A stretch of DNA of 64,000 nt from Octopus vulgaris (GCA_951406725.2 OX597831.1:9300001-9364000); one strand, 5' to 3'; shown: positions 39,814 to 53,144, counted from the first letter of the stretch. Made by a program: numbers and translations. The notes: a model not told the origin generated them from the letters alone.

Positions 39814-42800
39814 TTTTTTTATTTTTTTTTCTTCTTTCAAATTTGCTTCCATTTCTTGCCGAGTGTCTTCCCGACTCCTAGGGCAAAGAAACTCATAGTG
39901 TATATTGGTAGGCCATTAAACCAAACTCAGTAGTTCGTTAATTTTTTTTAAATTTTTTTTTTTAAGTTAAATTAAAATGCATGAGCAGCAACAGTTCTCA
40001 CATCGACAATGCTCTTCTCAATACGTGTGATGTACCAGTTAAGACAATCTTTTGCACTTCTTGCAGGGATGGTAAGCCAGGGATCATTCTCATATAATTT
40101 TCGGTTCCCTTCTTGATCATTCCTAGTGCTCCTACGATCACTGGTATTGTAACCGCCTTGAGATGCCACATTTTCTCAATTTCAATGAGTAGGTCTTTAT
40201 ATTTTCTGAGCTTGTCAAACTCTTTCGCTGAGATATTATGATCACAGGGGATGCTCATGTCGATCAATAAGCAAACTTTATTGTTTTGGTCTTTCACAAC
40301 AATATCTGGTTTATTGGCCTTGATGGTTCGGTCTGTATGTACTGGAAAGTCCCACAGAATGGTTACATTTTCTCCTTCAGTTACAGCCTCAGGGTGGTGA
40401 TTATACCACTTGTCGGCAGTTTTGATATTGTAATGCCGACTTATTAGCCAGTGGAGATATTGGCCAACTCTGTCATGTCTTAATTTATACTCCACTGGTG
40501 CTAAGACTTTACATCCAGAGATTAGGTGGTCCACTGTTTCAATCATGTCGTTGCAGAATCGGCATTTTGGGTCTGCTCCATTTTTCATCACATTGGCCTG
40601 GTAGTTCCGGGTTGATAGGCTTTGGTCTTGAGCAGCCAGGATGAAACCTTCGCTCTCTGCTTTTAGCCCTGAGCTCCGCAGCCACTGATGGGTTTGCTTC
40701 TGGTCAACATCAGCTTGTTTGCTGCGGGTCACATATTTGCCGTGCAGAGGTTTCTCCTCCCACCTATCAGCCAATTGCTCGTGCGCTTTTTTCATTGCCA
40801 TCATTTTCACCTTCTTTGCAACAATAGTTGCCGTACTTCCCTCGGGTTGTTCAGTTTGGGTATCCTGCACGAGATCAATAGCAATTTTTTTGCTTTCCTT
40901 GATGATAGGATGAAGCTTCTTTCGTCTCTCGTGATTTTCCACGAGCTTTAGCATCCAGTCATTCGATATTTCGATATATTTGGCCAGTCCAATTGTGGTT
41001 GTTTTGTAAGCTAGTTCAAATTGGATCAGGCCTCGACCTCCTTGGGCTCTGGGAAGGTAAAGGCGATCTACGTCTGCCTTTGGGTGGTGCATCCTATTAC
41101 AACTCAGCAGCTTGCGTATTTTTCTATCTATATTCTTTACTTCACTCATATTCCAGTTCAACACATTGTAGCTATAAGTAACAACTGGAACTGCTAGGGA
41201 ATTTATAGCTAACACCTTGTTACGCGCATTTAGTTCAGATTTCAGGACTGCACGAACTCTCCTATAACATTCCTTCCTGATTTTCTCTTTCATGCTTGCA
41301 TGCTGAATACCAGAGCCTTCATTTATCCCTAAATATTTGTATGTTTGTTCTTGCTCAAGCTCTCTTATGACTGTGTCAACATCTAACACGACTGAATTTG
41401 TGGTCTTCACTTTCCCTTTCTGGAAAGTGGCCTTGGCACACTTCTCAAGTCCAAACTCCATCCCGATGTCATCGCTGAATGATTTCACGGTGCGCAATAG
41501 GCCTTCAAGTTCATTATTGTCTTTACCATAAAGTTTTAAGTCATCCATATAAAATAGATGGCTTATTTTTTTATTGGCAATTTTATACCCATACCTTGTT
41601 CTGTTTAATTCACTTGTAAGGGGTATTAGGGCTATGCAGAATATTAAAGGTGAAAGTGAGTCACCTTGAAAAATTCCACAGTTGATGTTTATATTTTCTG
41701 AGGCAAGTACTCCATTAGAGTGGTATAATTGGAGATTCGTATTCCACAACGACATATTGTGCTTCAGGAGGTTTGAAATCACAGGGGAAATTTTGAAGAT
41801 GTCCAGCGATGTCAAGATCCATGGATGCGGTATACTGTCGAAGGCCTTTTTATAGTCAATCCATGCGGTGCTGAGATTTCTGCGCTTGTTGTGACAGTTC
41901 TCAAGGATCATACGATTGATTAGCAGTTGATCTTTGCATCCGTAAGAGCCTCGGCGGCACCCTTTTTGTTCAATGGGGAAAATATCGTTCTTCTTCATGA
42001 ATGCATATGTTTTCTCCGCCAGGATAGATGTTAGGGTTTTATACGTGGTGGATAGACAGGTTATAGGCCGATAGTTTTTTGGAAGGTTGGTTTCGTTATT
42101 CTTTGGGAGTAGGTAAGTAATGCCACTTGCTAACCATTCAGGTGTTTTCTTTGGGTCTCTCATAATTCCATTGAGCAGCTGAACTAGCTTACCGTGTGCG
42201 CACGGGAGCGATCGAGCCAGAAATTCGGCACCCTATCTTTACCGGGGGATTTCCAATTATGGGCCTTCGTGAGTGCCTTTCTTAGGTCTGCTATTGTGAT
42301 GTCTTCCCATGCTTGTTGTTGTAAATTTTGGTAGGATCCTTCAGTTTGTATAATCCAGTCTGCATTTATGTTGTACGTCTTCTTGTCACTTCAAATCCTT
42401 TTCCAAAAGTTTTGAACTTCTTCCATGGGAGGGGGGTCTTTAACGGTTACTTTCTCCTTCCCTATTTCTCTGTAGAATTTTTTGGCATTGGATGTGAACA
42501 GCTTATTTTGCTTGTAAAACTTGTTTCTCTTCTCAAATCTTCGTATTCTTTGGGCTTTTGCTTGGACTTTTTGTTTCAGCGTTTATTTTATTGATATCAG
42601 TTCTTCTCTTGGTGAGGATCCAAATTTTCTCTTCATCTTTCTTCCTGTTCTGGATCTTACATCATTTCCACATATTAGTTCATTTAATATTGATATTTCC
42701 CCTCTCATAAATTCAATCTCTTTTTCAATTTTACTTCTCCAGGTTTGATTTCTTCCCAGGTTTTGCTTTCTTTGTTTTTTTTAATCTGGAAGCGCGTCCC

Positions 42801-43580
42801 CCAGGGAAGAGCCAGCCTGGGATCGAAAAGTCATCAACTGGCACAAACTCTTCTCCGAATACGGACATGGATGGTCACTTGAACGGGAAATCCCTCAACT
42901 CGAGCCCTCCAAGTTCACCACCACAACCACCACAGAAAGAAAAATGTAAGCGGAACAAATGAACCCGAGAAGAGTATAAAGAAGTAATATACGCTTATTA
43001 CTATGCATTAGGTAGGCCATCTCAAGAGAGACACACCGTAAACTCTTACGGTATATGGAGAACACGGAATCAAGACAGTAGGCCCTATTTGGACGAGAAC
43101 AAATTAGCAAATGTGAGGAGGGATATCTTTAGAAATTACAGACTCACAGACAGTGAAATAAGCGCGATCAAGCACGCAACGGAAAATGACATAAATATAA
43201 GACACAAAGGAAATGAAGAATCAGATGAACAGTATAGCCCGCCACGAGGCTTAATTGAAAGACTGCCATCTGACCAAAGTACGCAAAGGCCTGAAGATAC
43301 AAGAAATTCTATTGTACCTGTTAAAGATAGCCAGGAAAACGAAAAAACAACAGTAACTGAAGATCTCGCATTTGCTGAAGAACACAGAGAGTCTATAGCA
43401 GAAATGAGGCAGAAAATCCTGAATACGCTTGAAGTTGTAAGACATACAAGTATGAATGATAGAGAACCGCTTCATAAACTCTCAAATACAAACCAAAATA
43501 AAAAACAAATCCAAATTGGCAACTATGTAACAAATGAAATAATACGAGAATTAAAACCTGATTTTACTGAGTTAAATGAA

Positions 43581-43585
<5 letters not shown>
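39785..43585 (-). mobile_element. R4/Dong-type LINE in an (ATT/TAA)n microsatellite, 5' part inverted (42783-43580 on +)
   Basis: Minus-strand ORF homology continues to ~42782 (TWRSKIEKEI...LKQKVQAKAQRIRRF...QNKLF...FYREI...NWKSPGKD). The plus strand 42783-43580 encodes the N-terminus (KRNK*TREEYKEVIYAYYY...DENKLANVRRDI). (ATT)n on both flanks. Confidence 0.85.
39998..42163 (-). CDS. Non-LTR retrotransposon ORF (RT, CCHC zinc knuckle, restriction-like endonuclease), R4/Dong clade; N-terminus disrupted
   Basis: YRPITCL, WIDYKKAFDS, GIFQGDSLSPL, HLFYMDDLKLY, YKYLG, CRFC..ETVDHLISGC, RHD, KPDIVV..LLID. Confidence 0.95.
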   Translation of the reverse strand: MRDPKKTPEWLASGITYLLPKNNETNLPKNYRPITCLSTTYKTLTSILAEKTYAFMKKNDIFPIEQKGCRRGSYGCKDQLLINRMILENCHNKRRNLSTAWIDYKKAFDSIPHPWILTSLDIFKISPVISNLLKHNMSLWNTNLQLYHSNGVLASENININCGIFQGDSLSPLIFCIALIPLTSELNRTRYGYKIANKKISHLFYMDDLKLYGKDNNELEGLLRTVKSFSDDIGMEFGLEKCAKATFQKGKVKTTNSVVLDVDTVIRELEQEQTYKYLGINEGSGIQHASMKEKIRKECYRRVRAVLKSELNARNKVLAINSLAVPVVTYSYNVLNWNMSEVKNIDRKIRKLLSCNRMHHPKADVDRLYLPRAQGGRGLIQFELAYKTTTIGLAKYIEISNDWMLKLVENHERRKKLHPIIKESKKIAIDLVQDTQTEQPEGSTATIVAKKVKMMAMKKAHEQLADRWEEKPLHGKYVTRSKQADVDQKQTHQWLRSSGLKAESEGFILAAQDQSLSTRNYQANVMKNGADPKCRFCNDMIETVDHLISGCKVLAPVEYKLRHDRVGQYLHWLISRHYNIKTADKWYNHHPEAVTEGENVTILWDFPVHTDRTIKANKPDIVVKDQNNKVCLLIDMSIPCDHNISAKEFDKLRKYKDLLIEIEKMWHLKAVTIPVIVGALGMIKKGTENYMRMIPGLPSLQEVQKIVLTGTSHVLRRALSM

Positions 43586-43639
<54 letters not shown>

Positions 43640-43670
43640 CATTATTATTATCATCATGATCATCATCATT

Positions 43671-43895
43671 AAGGCGGCGGGCTGGCAGAGAGGCATGCAT
43701 TCCGGACGAAATGCTTAGCTGTATTTCGTCTGTCTTCCCGTTCTGTGTTCAAATTCCGCCGTGGTCGACGTTGCCTTTCATCCTTTTAGGATCGATAAAT
43801 TAAATACCAGTTGCGGACTGGGGCCGATCTAATCGACTGGACGCCGCCCCCAAATTTCTGGACTTGTGCGTAGAGTAGAAAAGATTATTATTAGT
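43671..43895 (+). mobile_element. SINE family A
   Basis: aaggcggcgggctggcaga...gttcaaattccgccgtggtcgac. Confidence 0.8.
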
Positions 43896-43946
43896 GTATT
43901 GCATAGATAATGCTGTAGGCACCCACCCAGCTATAATTATGATGTA

Positions 43947-44305
43947 TGGGCAGAGGCATGTCTGTGTGATAAGAAGGTTGCTTCTCAGGGACATGGTTCC
44001 AGGTTCAGCACCTTACCCACGTGTCTCCTACTATAGCCTCAGGCTGGCAAAAGCATTCTGAGTGCATTTAATAATCGCAAATTGAAAGAAGCCCCTAATA
44101 CATGTATGTCTATTTGTGTCTGTGTGGGTCTTTGTGGCTGTGTTCGTCCCCCCACTACCACTTGATAACCGGTGCTCGTCTGTTTACGCCCCGTACCTTA
44201 GCAGTACGGTAAAAGACACCGGTAACATAAGTACCAGAATTCATCCGAATGAAGGCGATGCCCCAGCATGGCCATAGTCAAATGACTGGAACAAGCAAAT
44301 GACAG
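43947..44305 (+). mobile_element. SINE family B, diverged
   Basis: acatggttccaggttcag...ctatagcctc...ccagcatggccatagtcaaatgactg. Confidence 0.7.
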
Positions 44306-45099
44306 AAGCTTTTAAATCCTGCTATTTACTGTTGCCATTCGATATTTTAGTGAATGTTATTCTCTGTGGGACATGGATTCCTGCAATGTCAGTAAACGAT
44401 ACAGAAGCATAGACTTGTGAACCTGATGACGGTTTTCAGCCCCAGAATGTCAAGGGTTGTCTGCCTTATTTGCTCGTTAACAAATAATGTTAAAGTGATG
44501 GCTTGTTGCCAACTTAATATGATGGCAGACCCAGGAAAGGGGAGAATGTTACTGTTATTTAGCCCCAAGAAACACCGTTTCTAGTTGGATACACGACATA
44601 AGCGTTCAGTGTCCTTAAGTTTTCAAACAAGCTTGATAAGCACTTCCACACAAGAAAGCCATCAACCAGAGACTAGTTCCAGAGTAATTGCCCTTCATCA
44701 GTCTGGAGAAGTTTGGCCTTGTTAGATGTCGCTGCTAAACGGCTGTTGAATTTCAAGTGAAATACATTCAAAGATCGACAAAAATAGAAATCTTGTATTT
44801 CTAAATCTCTAATAATGTCAGCGTTAAAAGTTTGTGGTAATCATAGTACTCAAGTGTTCTGTGTTTACTTCACAAGTTGAAAGGATTGAAAATAATGGAC
44901 AGAGCTGTCGATTTCATTAATATGCAGTCAGCATCGTTTCCTAATTAAATACCTCAATTAACGTTTTTCATCTTCATCATCGCTTTAGTGTGTTTTTCAT
45001 TTGATCAGACACAAGGTGTCCTGCTCATGACAAAATTATTAGTTTTGTGTCAAATAATATTTTACAGGGTTCGTTCGTCTTTGATTCTACCACCACCCC

Positions 45100-45430
45100 G
45101 TGCGTAACTCGGTGGTTAGAGTAATTGGCTCATGATCGTAAGGTCCTAATTTCGATTCCCAGGCAGCGCGTTGTGTCTCTGAGCAGGAGACATCTTTTTC
45201 CACGTTGCTTCAGTCCATTCAGCTAGCAAAAATGAGTAGTACCTGTAATTCCAAGGAGGCCAGCCATGTCACATTCAATCTCACATTGAATCTCCCTGAG
45301 AACTATATTAAGGGTGCGCATGTCGGTGGTGTACTCAGCCACTTGCACTTGAACTTTGGTTTCACGATCAGGCTATTCCGTTGATCGGATCAACTTGAAC
45401 CCTCATCGTCCTAACCGACGGAGTTCCAGT
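45100..45430 (+). mobile_element. tRNA-derived SINE family D
   Basis: A/B-box-like cgtaactcggtggttagag and tttcgattccc; tail shared with 20172-20360. Confidence 0.7.
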
Positions 45431-45772
45431 AGTCCAATGAATGAAACGAATAAATGAGAAATTCTCTATTGAGAATCTTAGTAAACCATTAATATTTATA
45501 GTAAATATTTTAAGCTCCAGTTGTTCGATGACAGAATCTATGTGATTCTCAGATTAACAATTTCACACCTGATTTCTTAGAAAAAATTATATTCGTATAT
45601 TTATGCTTGAATTCCTATGCAATAACTTTACATTCTTATATTCATGTTTTGAATTTTTAGTCAAGTTTATATTCTTATATACTTATCTAGGTCCTAGACG
45701 CTTTTGTAATCCTGCATTCTTGAAATCTTATATAATTTCGTATGCTTATATACGTAATCACATTCTTAGACA

Positions 45773-45867
<95 letters not shown>

Positions 45868-47277
45868 TTTATATGTTTCTGATGATTATTTTCATTGGTT
45901 AAGATTATAAAACCAAATTTCATTTGTATATAATAACTATACCTGGCAAATTAATAGACATCGCTTCAAATAATGAAAGGTCTAAAGGATTCTGTATACG
46001 TATGATGTTTTCTGTCGCCCAAGTATAATAGGACAAGTTGTTAAAATACTCCAAGGAAAGGAAAGAAAAGCAATTATGTTGATTGCTAAAAACATTTGCA
46101 TATGGCGCTGGTATAGATATAAAGGGGAGACAAATGAAAGAGTCCCTGCGGGATCACTTGTGATGGAAGAAATAAGAGCGAATTGTTTTGCGGATTATAC
46201 TCAGCAACCCTTAGAGAAAATCAAATTATAGTTTTGAGTTAGACTAGTGAATTCGATTCAACGTAGTGGTCGAGGTTGGAATGTACTTGATCATGATTGC
46301 ACACAATCATAGCTAGATGGGCTAACAAAAATGTAATAGCAAATAAAAGATGAAGAAGAAGAAGGAAGGAGGAGGAGAAGGAGAAGAAGGAAAGAGGAGG
46401 AGGAGAAGAAGAAGGGAGGAGGAGGAGGAGGAGAAGAAGAAGGAAGGAAGAGGAGGAGAAGAAAAATAAGAAGAAGGAAGGAAGAGGAGGAGAAGAAGGA
46501 AGGAAGGAGAAGGAGGAGAAGAAGAAGAAGAAGAAGAAGAAGAAGAAGAAGAAGAAGAAGAAGAAGAGCAGGACGAGAAGCAGCAGCAGCAGCAGCAGCA
46601 GCAGCTTTGTCTAGTTTGTGAGAGATATTAACTTTCACAACTTGCGTATGTAATTACGTTGCAAAACAATTAGGTTTTAATAACTTAGTCTAGTTAAATC
46701 AATATCTCTCACCTATTTCAACCCCCAAATATAATAGAAATTGTATGGTGTGTGTGTGTGTGTGTGTGTGTCTATATATGTATATATATATGGAGAGAGA
46801 GAGAGATAGGGAGAGAGAGGGAGGGAGCAGTGAAGAAGGATAAAAGAGAAGCGAGAGAAAGACATGAAAGAGATTGTTACTTACTGGCAAAGAAGTTTGT
46901 TTGCATTCGTGTAACACCCGGTCATTCGACGTGTCGAAAGAGGAGCGTAATCTCTCGCAAATTACCAGCAATAATCTTAGATATTATATTGCACAGTAGA
47001 GATCCGGGGAATTGCGACGCCTTCAACTCATTTTATTATGGTTTCTTCCAATCATGGCTGACAAAGCTTTGCAAAATAACAGCCAGTTTTATTCGAACCA
47101 ACGAAGTTGCAACTTGCTCGATCATGTGACCTGTTACAAATTATATTTTACATTTTTTTAAGAAGAAAGTGTACGACAGAAATTGCACTGTTGAAAGTAC
47201 AATGAACTTTTTCCTGTCTGCTGCTCGTTTCTTGAACTCATATTTGAAATTCAAAATGAAGCCAAAGAAGACAAACC

Positions 47278-47435
47278 ATGAGTGGCTGTGTGGTAAGTAG
47301 CTTGCTTACGAACCACATGGTTCCGGGTTCAGTCCCACTGCGTGTCACCTTGGGCAAGTGTCTTCTGTTATAGTCTCGAGCCGACCAAAGCCTTGTGAGT
47401 GGATTTGGTAGACGGAAACTGAAAAAAGCCCGTCA

Positions 47436-47526
<91 letters not shown>

Positions 47527-47770
47527 ATGTATGTGTGTGTGTGTGTGTGTGTATGTTTGTGTATCTGTGTTTCTCCCCCCAACATCGCTTGACAACCGAT
47601 GCTGGTGTGTTTACGTCTCTGTAACTTAGCGGTTTGGCAAAAGAGACTGATAGAATAAATACTTGGCTTCCAAAGAATAATTCCTGTGGTCGATTTACTC
47701 GACTAAAAGGCGGTGCTCCAGCATGGCCATAGTCAAAATGACTGAAACAAGTAAAAGAGTTAAAAGAGAG
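47278..47770 (+). mobile_element. SINE family B, near full length, with internal microsatellite
   Basis: tggctgtgtggtaag (A box), gggttcagtccc (B box), CORE-like accttgggcaagtg, tail aaacaagtaaaagag. Confidence 0.9.
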
Positions 47771-48271
47771 TAAAGAATCTGCTAGAAATAGTAGCATCGT
47801 TTCTCCGTTTTAAATTAGGATATTCGCAAGTCTTTTCCAAAATCCAAATCAAATCAGTAAAACACGCGCATGTCACAGCTGGAGCTACGTCACCTCTTTA
47901 TTTGGAAGTATAATCGAAGCGATTTCTCAATTCGTCGGACTCTCTCACAAAATTTCAGACTTTTCAACAGTTCTAAGAAATCTGCAACAAGTAGAGTCTG
48001 GAGACTTACAAAACATATATTGTACTAACACTGCTAGAAACAGTGACGAAAGCATTTTCTTTCCCAGCTGATCTGCCTCGACCACATAATCTGATTAGCA
48101 ATTATACGCTTGAATTCCTCGACAAGTTTATATTCCTGTAGTCTTGCTTGATTACATTTACAAGTTTTTTTTTCCTGATATTCTTATACTTCATATTCCT
48201 ACATTCTTGCCCAACTTCTTAGTTAAGTTTGTATATATACATACACAAACATACATACATACATACATACA

Positions 48272-48307
<36 letters not shown>

Positions 48308-48308
48308 T

Positions 48309-48500
48309 ATGCTTAGCGGTATTTCGTCTGTCGTTACGTTCTGAGTTCAAATTCTGCCGAGGTCCACTTTGCCTTTCATCCTTTCGGGGTCGATAAATAA
48401 AGTACCAGTTTCGCACTGGGGGTCGATGTAATCGACTTAATCCCTTTGTCTGTCCTTGTTTGTCCCCTCTGTGTTTATCCCATTGTGGGCAATAAAGAAA
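48309..48500 (+). mobile_element. SINE family A, 5'-truncated
   Basis: Matches 62255-62447. Confidence 0.85.
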
Positions 48501-48724
48501 TATACGTATATATATATAAATGTTTAAGTAGTTGAATGAATTATCCTAGTATGGATAATTCGGTTAACCGATACACGGGTAGCAAATTTACGTGAGGAAG
48601 CACGGTTGAAGCTACATGCCAAGGGCAGAAATCACGTGCTTTCGTGTGGAAATTTGTGTGTTTTTTTACTATAGATAAATATCTATATATATATATATAA
48701 ATATATATAAAAATATATATAAAG

Positions 48725-48784
<60 letters not shown>

Positions 48785-50036
48785 AAAGAAATATATACAT
48801 ATATAAAAAATATATATATACATTATTCTTACATGTCAAGACAACTTAATATACTTGTGTACAGAGTGAGTCGCATTGATAGACAAGTTGGTATTGAGCT
48901 TTTTTTCTCCTGTGATACTTTAATTATGTTAATACATTTATGATTACAGATATTAAATTAACCGACAACTAAAATTAAAGAGGTGCTTGAAAAATTCTAC
49001 GCGAAGATGTGCAATGTTTCCAGTCAACTAAACACAGTAGAGCCCACCGGCGAAATTCTTCAACGAAAGTAAAACAACAAAACAAAACAAAATGGTGAAC
49101 TCAGAGAGATTCTCAGAAAACTACCGTATTTATAAATAAACTAGTACTACATAAGACCGCCTCTGCACGGTCGCTTCAGTTGCTACAAATTGTAGGAAGA
49201 ACTCTTATATAAAACTCTGCTGTCTTAGCAAAACAAATATATAATAGACAACGGAAGCCGGGACAGAGAGGAAATAGAATTGTGAGGGTCTTTGCTCGAC
49301 AGCAGTCAATGAAAATATTGTCTACAACAAGAACAACGAAAGCAAGAAGAAGAGCAGCAACAGCAATACAAGAGCAAAGCTTTGTATACACTTCAGTGAT
49401 ATTATCTTACACTTTCTGTATATTTTGTCGAGACGGAAAATCCCCGTCATATCTGCTGCCCGGTATGGAGTCTGACTGACGTGTGGTTCCTCGGAGCATA
49501 AATAATAAAGTGAATTATCAACAACGTAATTCTGTTTATTGTAGATATCTCTTCCTCGAGAAACAGGATCGTTTGTTAAATGATTATAGTTCTCAATATT
49601 TACGCTTGAGATAAATATTTATCTCGCCATCTATTCAATTTGAAGAGAAAAACAAAATTCCATTTTAAAATCAGTAGAATGACAATACGTCCATCCACAT
49701 GAAGGAAGCCTAGATGGGTCAGTGCCGGATTAAATGATGCTTAATCGGTACCCACCTATCCACCATCCCCAGCTGCTAATATACTCCTTCAAAATATTAC
49801 CAATATTTCCAACGACTAATATCTAATTACGGATCCATTGAAAGGCACAACATTAAATACGCAAATTATAAACTTAATTAGAAACGTACAACACAATGTT
49901 TGATGTTGTCAGACATACTCGATATATTCCAAGGCCATCAATATTTGACGTAACACTTATGCCGACAACGGCAATTGCTGAAGCTACGACTGTAACATAA
50001 GCGCACGTTTTCTTTGCCATTTTAATTTCTAAGGTT

Positions 50037-50435
50037 AAGGCGGCGAGCTGGCAGAATCGTTAGCACGCCAGGCGAAATGCTTAGCAGTATTTCGTCTGCC
50101 GCTACGTTCTGAGTTCAAATTCCGCCGGGGTCGACTTTACCTTTCATCCTTTCGGGGTCGATAAATTAAGTACCAGTTCCACACTGGGGCCGATGTAATC
50201 GACTTAATCCGTGTGTGTGTGTGTGTGTATGTGTGTGTGTGTATTCTTTTTCTTTTACTTTTTTCATTTATTTCAGTCATGTGACTGCAGTCATGTGACT
50301 GCAGTCATGTGACTGCAGTCATGTGACTGCAGTCATTCTGGAGCACAGGGTTTTAGTCGAAAAAAGCGACCCCAGGACTTATGCTTTGTAAGCCCAGTAC
50401 TTATTCTATCGCTCTTTTCCATATATCTATGTCTG

Positions 50436-50518
<83 letters not shown>

Positions 50519-50836
50519 CGCTCTCTTTCTCTCTCACTCTCTCTTTCTCTCTCTCTCTCTCCGTTTGTCTGTCTTTGTTTGTCCCCTCTGTGTTTAGCCC
50601 CTTGTGGGTAGTAAAGAAATAGGTATTTCATCTGCGGTTACGTTCTGAGTTCAAATTCCGCCGAGGTTGACTTTGCCTTTCATCCTTTTGGGGTCGATTA
50701 AATAAGTACCAGTTACGCACTGGGGTCGATATAATCGACTTAATCCGTTTGTCTGTCCTTATTTGTCCTCTCTGTGTTTAGCCCCTTGTGGGTAGAAGAG
50801 AAATAGGTATTTCGTCTGCCGTTACGTTCTGAGTTC
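50037..50836 (+). mobile_element. SINE family A tandem array, first copy interrupted by a templated insertion (50211-50560)
   Basis: Head at 50037; sequence resumes at ccgtttgtctgtc (50561); body repeated from ~50621 and ~50806. Confidence 0.8.
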
Positions 50837-52539
50837 CCGTCTACCAAACTTACAATGCTTCGGTCGGCTCGAGTGTCTAATAGACTAATCTTCGTTAAGG
50901 TGCTGCGCACTGTGATTAAACCCAAAACTCACGTGATTACATAGTAATCTTTTTTAGCCACATGTACACTCGTCGCACCTTCGCATGTTGAGCACCTATG
51001 GCTGGTTAACGTTCTTTAATTATCTTTCTCTCTGAGTCATTTGGTAAGAAATTGACAAGACTTTTTTCAAAAGCATGATCTGACAAATAAACATGTCACA
51101 GCTACAATTATATTACATGTTTACTTCAAGTTTATATCCTAAGTTGCTTTTACATTCACCAGACTTTCTCACAGAATGACCAAGTTTTCAGCAACCAGAA
51201 GAACTTGACTGCAAGTAGCGCCTGGGGATTTACACATAATGGCTGGATAATGACAGTAGCAGCTAATAATACATGAAAATTCCTAGTAAACAGTTTAATC
51301 TCTAACTCAAACTACACAAACCTTTCAATGTAATTAAAATTTGATTCAGTGACAAGTTTATATCCTTATATTCACGCTTGATTACGTCCACAACTTTTCT
51401 GTTCTTTACCCTTGTTTGAAGTTGCAGACGATTTCATATTTTTATATTCTTGTCTAAGTTTCTAGACAATTTTATATCCAGTCTTGACTTGGAAAGAAAG
51501 TTCATATGCTTGTGTACGTAATCATGTCCAGAGACAAGTTTATATTCACCGGTTATATATTACTTCAAATCTTTTCATTGATTTTTGATTACATATGTCA
51601 AATTAAAAGCTATAGCTGAAATCAAAGAACTGAATAAAGAATTCTATGTTTGGGTGTGTGATGCTTTCTATTAATTAACCAAATAGATCACGTGGGCGAA
51701 ATGGTTTCAAGAAACGCCAAGTTATTGATACACTCAAAAATTTCTGCGCAAATTGTCAAGCAACCACCTTCCAACGAATAGGTAAGATTAACACCTGTAT
51801 ATCTATGGCATCGTGGTATAACAAAACGATATTAGTTAATATAGATATGGCTAAAGAGGAAGTGGAATTGTCAAGGTTGTAACGTTTTTCTTCGTAGTTA
51901 AAATTCGATCAAAGCTTATATTAGATTTAGTTTCGGCTCCAGCATCGCTCCCCTCCTTCTATGCATCAATGTCTTACGTGTTACCATATCCGACATCATC
52001 CACTTTAATCCTTCATTCCCCACTAAAATCTTCCAACGCTGCATTATCCACTTTCAATCTTGACACTAAACTCCAAATACTGCGAAGATTCCGAACAATA
52101 CACCAAACATCACTCTCTAAACACCATTCAAGAACCTCACATTTCAAACATTGCACTACAAAGGTTACACTCGAAAAAATCCAAACACTCTAAATTCTAG
52201 ACATTCTAAGATTTATACTCCAAATTTCACATTCTAAATACTCTATAACTCCACGAAGAGAGACATCGAAATCATTCTACTATTTTTTCTCTCCTTCTTT
52301 TTTTCTGTGTTCCTTTCTGTAAAAGAGCGTAGGTTCGAAACGTAAAAGACTTTTTCTATTCCTGAGCGTTTTACTAATACATCTGTTTGTTTTGTACACC
52401 ACCTGTCTTCGTCGTTTGTTTTTTTCTTAAACTCTCCCTATGGAAATGGGTTGGACAGGTCTATATATACACAACACACTATTCTTATCAACAAAACATC
52501 ATCGTAGCCAACTAGCCGTTTCTTAATTATAAGTAGCAC

Positions 52540-52960
52540 TCTTCTAGAACACTTCAAATCACTTCTTGGCTTTTCATTATCACCGAGGATCCCTCCTGGA
52601 TAAATGCCTCTATAACAGAGCAATGGTTGTCTCCCAACGTCTCGGCTTTCTCTTCAAGCTATTCCAAACCCAACAGTTATACATATGGTCAAGATAGTTC
52701 CAATGAAACCCTCAAAAGAGTATTTCTCTCAGGCATGGCATTGTACTACTGCTGCTAGGCACGTATACATCCTAGATTGCCTGCACAAAAGGCTACCCGG
52801 CTCAGAGACATGTTCTGACCTTTGACTCACGGACTTGTCTCACCTCTCTCTGTCTTTTATACTGCATCTTTTATATCCTCCTCCAGATGAATCTGTCCGG
52901 ATTCATGTGATCTCCAGCCGTGCGTACAGCTTCCACTCATCTTCTTTCCTCTCATCATCA
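52540..52960 (+). pseudogene. Decayed LINE RT C-terminal fragment (CR1/Jockey group)
   Basis: ITEDPSW, SQRLGFLF, EY.SQAW, ILD.L..KATRL and SLCLLY motifs in order. Confidence 0.55.
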
Positions 52961-53104
52961 TTAGACTGCGGCCATGATGGGCTGAATGAATCAATCGCAA
53001 AACATGCTTTAATCCTGATACCTAATATACCGGTCTCTTTGGCCCATGTTTACGGGGAGGTAACTGGTTATCATGCGGAGATGGATGACAAAAATAGGCT
53101 CAAA

Positions 53105-53144
<40 letters not shown>

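Noticed and set aside
43089-43718. 209-aa plus-strand ORF as a host gene with a poly-Ile membrane segment
   Set aside because: It is the inverted N-terminal part of the R4 LINE running into (ATT)n
44415-44460. CTGATGA followed by a short hairpin
   Set aside because: No GAAA box and no convincing stem I, so not counted as a hammerhead
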